From positions 128,001-192,000 of the forward strand of contig CAVQRT010000007.1 in the NCBI GenBank assembly GCA_963715195.1: 64,000 nt of DNA. Reading direction: 5' to 3'. This stretch comes from Thermodesulfovibrionales bacterium (lineage in GTDB: Bacteria; Nitrospirota; Thermodesulfovibrionia; Thermodesulfovibrionales; SM23-35). A program made the position numbers and the translations under genes. Each line of letters opens with the position of its first letter. Position 1 is the first letter of the stretch. Below the pieces are notes generated by a model. That model saw nothing but the letters and a program-made list of their open reading frames with translations, made no database searches and had not been told where the DNA came from. Shown in pieces: positions 61,244-64,000 of the stretch.

Positions 61244-61951
61244 TTACAACAACCCGGACAGGGTATTTGTGAAGTATGCGTAATCATCAAAACACCGGTC
61301 CGGTTCAAAACCGTTGTATTCCCGGCATTCCGACCTGAAAAGGATGAACTTCATCCCTACTCTTTTTGCCCCGCTCAGGTCTTTACAGGGATTATCTCCG
61401 ACGTATATGCAATCTCCGGAGGATACCCCGATCTTTTCCATTGCTGCTCTGAACAGTCTTGGATCCGGTTTTTTGAATCCGAAGCGGGATGACAATATCC
61501 TTACCTCAAAAAACTGGTCCAGGCCGAGTTTTGCAATTTCCGGTTCTGCGTAAAGCCACTGGGCATCAGAAATAATCGCTGTTTTATAGCGAGCACTCAG
61601 AGCGAGGAGAACATCATAGATACCTTCATGAACCCTGAACTGTCGCATGGTGAGAGATCTGAAGAGTGTTGCGATATCCATGACATTTGTTTTTGTACTC
61701 CTTTTCTTTCCATATTTATTCATGATATTGAAAAATATTTTGTATACATCGACTTCCGGATGAACCTCCTTGCTCTGGTCAAGGTAATGCTGAATCCCTT
61801 CGAAATACGCCCGTTTCATTTCATCCGGCGCTATGTTGACCGAATGATAGCCAAGATAGCGTGACAGTATCTCATAGACATACGGATCATGCTCATCAGT
61901 CTTGATATCAATCAGTGTGCCGTAGAGATCAAAGAGAATCGCCTTGGTCAT
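61244..61951 (-). CDS. HAD family hydrolase
   Basis: FDLYGTL, KKPDP and YVGDN...D. Confidence 0.9.
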   Translation of the reverse strand: MTKAILFDLYGTLIDIKTDEHDPYVYEILSRYLGYHSVNIAPDEMKRAYFEGIQHYLDQSKEVHPEVDVYKIFFNIMNKYGKKRSTKTNVMDIATLFRSLTMRQFRVHEGIYDVLLALSARYKTAIISDAQWLYAEPEIAKLGLDQFFEVRILSSRFGFKKPDPRLFRAAMEKIGVSSGDCIYVGDNPCKDLSGAKRVGMKFILFRSECREYNGFEPDRCFDDYAYFTNTLSGLL

Positions 61952-61968
61952 ACAATATTATATCCTCA

Positions 61969-62661
61969 TTATATCCTCTCATTGTAGCTGGTGATGAGGA
62001 CCTGGTACCCTTCGTTTGCCAGTGTCTCTGCAAGGGAAACGGCATCTTCTCTCGCAAGAGACCTGCCGATCCTTACCCTGAAGAATGTACTCCCGTTCAG
62101 ATTAACTTCATGAATATAGACATCGCCGTATTTCAGTTCCAGAGCTCTTCTCAGACGCTGTGCATTGAAAAGGTCTCGGAATGATCCAGCCTGTATCGTC
62201 AATGCACCCTCCTGCGAGGCATATGCCACTTTTCGCATAAAAGAGGGATCTCTCCCCACATACTCAATCATTACTTCAGAGATTCCCGGTTCCAGAAGTC
62301 CGATATCCCTCGCAGCAGCGTATGACAGGTCAATATCCCTTCCGTCCACAAAAGGACCACGATCATTGACGAGGCAGCAGACAGACCTCCCGTTCGAGGG
62401 ATGTGTGACCTTAAGCTTTGTTCCAAACGGGTATTCACGATGTGCACATGTATAGGCATACATGTCGAAGGGTTCTCCCGATGAGGTAGGATTCCCGTGA
62501 AATCCGGGACCGTACCAGGACGCAATTCCGTATCCCGGTGCAGAACTGAGATGGTACGAAGCGCATGATGAGAGTGGGAATATGAAGAAGTGAATCAATA
62601 CGATAAATAAAAACCGCCTGAACCCTCGGTTTCTCAAGGATCTTAAAGGCGGATTATTCAT
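61969..62661 (-). CDS. rlpA: Septal ring lytic transglycosylase RlpA family lipoprotein
   Basis: GIASWYG, VNDRGPF, IDLS and C-terminal SPOR domain. Confidence 0.9.
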   Translation of the reverse strand: MNNPPLRSLRNRGFRRFLFIVLIHFFIFPLSSCASYHLSSAPGYGIASWYGPGFHGNPTSSGEPFDMYAYTCAHREYPFGTKLKVTHPSNGRSVCCLVNDRGPFVDGRDIDLSYAAARDIGLLEPGISEVMIEYVGRDPSFMRKVAYASQEGALTIQAGSFRDLFNAQRLRRALELKYGDVYIHEVNLNGSTFFRVRIGRSLAREDAVSLAETLANEGYQVLITSYNERI

Positions 62662-62718
62662 TATATCCGGAATAATGTTCCTTCCTGTCCTGTTGCAGAA
62701 TTGTGAATTACATGTCGC

Positions 62719-64000
62719 TTACAGAATATACCTGCTTAAATCCTCGTCCTTTACAATATCATTCAATTTTTCCCTTACATAGGTTCTGTCGATTCCCAGT
62801 TTTCCGTTCTTCTTTTCAGGGGCTTCAAAGGAAATATCTTCGAGAAGTTTTTCGAGCACGGTATGCAGTCGCCGTGCACCGATGTTTTCGGTTTTTTCAT
62901 TCACGCGGGCTGCGATATCCGCAATTTCTTCAATGGAATCCCCTGTAAATTGTATCGACACATCCTCCGTGAAGAGCAGTGCCGTGTACTGCTTTATGAG
63001 GGCATTGTAAGGTTCAGTCAGTATGCGCACGAATTCTTCCTTCCCGAGTGCATCGAGTTCAACCCTGATCGGAAATCTACCCTGAAGTTCCGGGATTAGA
63101 TCAGACGGCTTTGACATGTGAAATGCCCCTGCAGCAATAAAGAGGATATGTTCAGTCTTTACCGGCCCGTGTTTGGTGGTGACTGTTGTTCCTTCGACGA
63201 TGGGAAGAAGATCCCTCTGGACACCTTCTCGTGAGACGTCAGGTCCATGAGCGTGCCCTCTGCTCGCAATCTTGTCGATCTCATCGATAAAGATAATGCC
63301 GGACTGCTCTACCCGTTCAATCCCCTCACGCGTAACTTTATCGATATCAATGAGCTTGTTTGCTTCTTCCTGCTGAATGATCACCAGAGCTTCAGGAACT
63401 TTAACCTTTTTCCGTTTCGATTTTTCAGGGAGGAAATTTCCGAGCATCTCTTTCAGGTTGATTTCCAGATCCTCGAGTCCCACGTTCGAAACGACCCCGA
63501 AGGGGATAACCTTTTCCCTTACTTCTATATCAACGTACCGGTTATCCAGTTTGCCCTCTTTTAACTGTATTTTGAGCCTTTCGCGCGTTTCCCGCTGTTT
63601 TTCCCGCTCCTCTTCCTCGAGACCGCTCCGTGCAGTTTTCGGAAAGGGCAGCAAAAGGTCAAGCATACGCTCTTCGGCGAGAACCTTCGCCTTTTCCTGC
63701 ACTTTTTCCGTATGCTCCGTCTTGACCATCCCCATCGATATTTCGGTTAGATCGCGGATCATGGATTCAACGTCACGGCCGACATACCCAACCTCGGTAA
63801 ATTTCGAAGCTTCCACCTTTATGAATGGTGCGCGTGCAAGCTTCGACAGCCTTCGTGCGATTTCTGTCTTGCCCACACCTGTCGGGCCGATCATAATGAT
63901 ATTTTTCGGCAGGACCTCGTCGCGTAATTCCGGGGAGAGTCTCTGCCTCCTCCACCGGTTCCTCATGGCGATAGCAACTGCCTTTTTCGCCTTGTGTTGT
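62719..64000 (-). CDS. hslU: ATP-dependent protease ATPase subunit HslU, 5' end outside window
   Basis: [22 protein letters not shown] and GARRL. Confidence 0.97.
   Translation of the reverse strand, partial: QHKAKKAVAIAMRNRWRRQRLSPELRDEVLPKNIIMIGPTGVGKTEIARRLSKLARAPFIKVEASKFTEVGYVGRDVESMIRDLTEISMGMVKTEHTEKVQEKAKVLAEERMLDLLLPFPKTARSGLEEEEREKQRETRERLKIQLKEGKLDNRYVDIEVREKVIPFGVVSNVGLEDLEINLKEMLGNFLPEKSKRKKVKVPEALVIIQQEEANKLIDIDKVTREGIERVEQSGIIFIDEIDKIASRGHAHGPDVSREGVQRDLLPIVEGTTVTTKHGPVKTEHILFIAAGAFHMSKPSDLIPELQGRFPIRVELDALGKEEFVRILTEPYNALIKQYTALLFTEDVSIQFTGDSIEEIADIAARVNEKTENIGARRLHTVLEKLLEDISFEAPEKKNGKLGIDRTYVREKLNDIVKDEDLSRYIL

Overview
Bacterial chromosome segment made mostly of housekeeping genes. 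Gene content suggests an anaerobic Nitrospirota/Desulfobacterota-like organism (inference). The window appears to span the replication terminus: a dif-like site at 26504-26531 lies in an AT-rich trough, with mostly minus-strand genes to its right. Core genes include era, recO, purC, mutS, dcd, pyrF, secA, miaB, mtaB, pnp, rpsO, ppdK, rpsU, recR, asd, ftsY, aroE, rlpA, hslU and tRNA-Gly(CCC). The most striking locus is at 7.1-15.3 kb. A small minus-strand gene missing from the ORF track (7180-7326) has its own promoter, strong RBS and terminator. It encodes a peptide with three in-frame TGA codons in a Cys-every-third register (C-H-K-U-K-S-U-K-S-U-R-C), followed by an fdhF-like SECIS hairpin. 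About 1.1 kb away is a Sec-containing selD, then a CCG Fe-S protein, a GT4, a methyltransferase and a rhodanese/MauE pair. Several of these share a LysR-type upstream box. Other points of interest: a stand-alone IS1 InsA-like gene heading an ino1/CDP-alcohol transferase operon, many apparently leaderless genes, a frameshifted tRNA nucleotidyltransferase next to dif, an orphan extended MglA, and several unannotated small ORFs. No CRISPR array, rRNA, prophage or intact transposase was seen.
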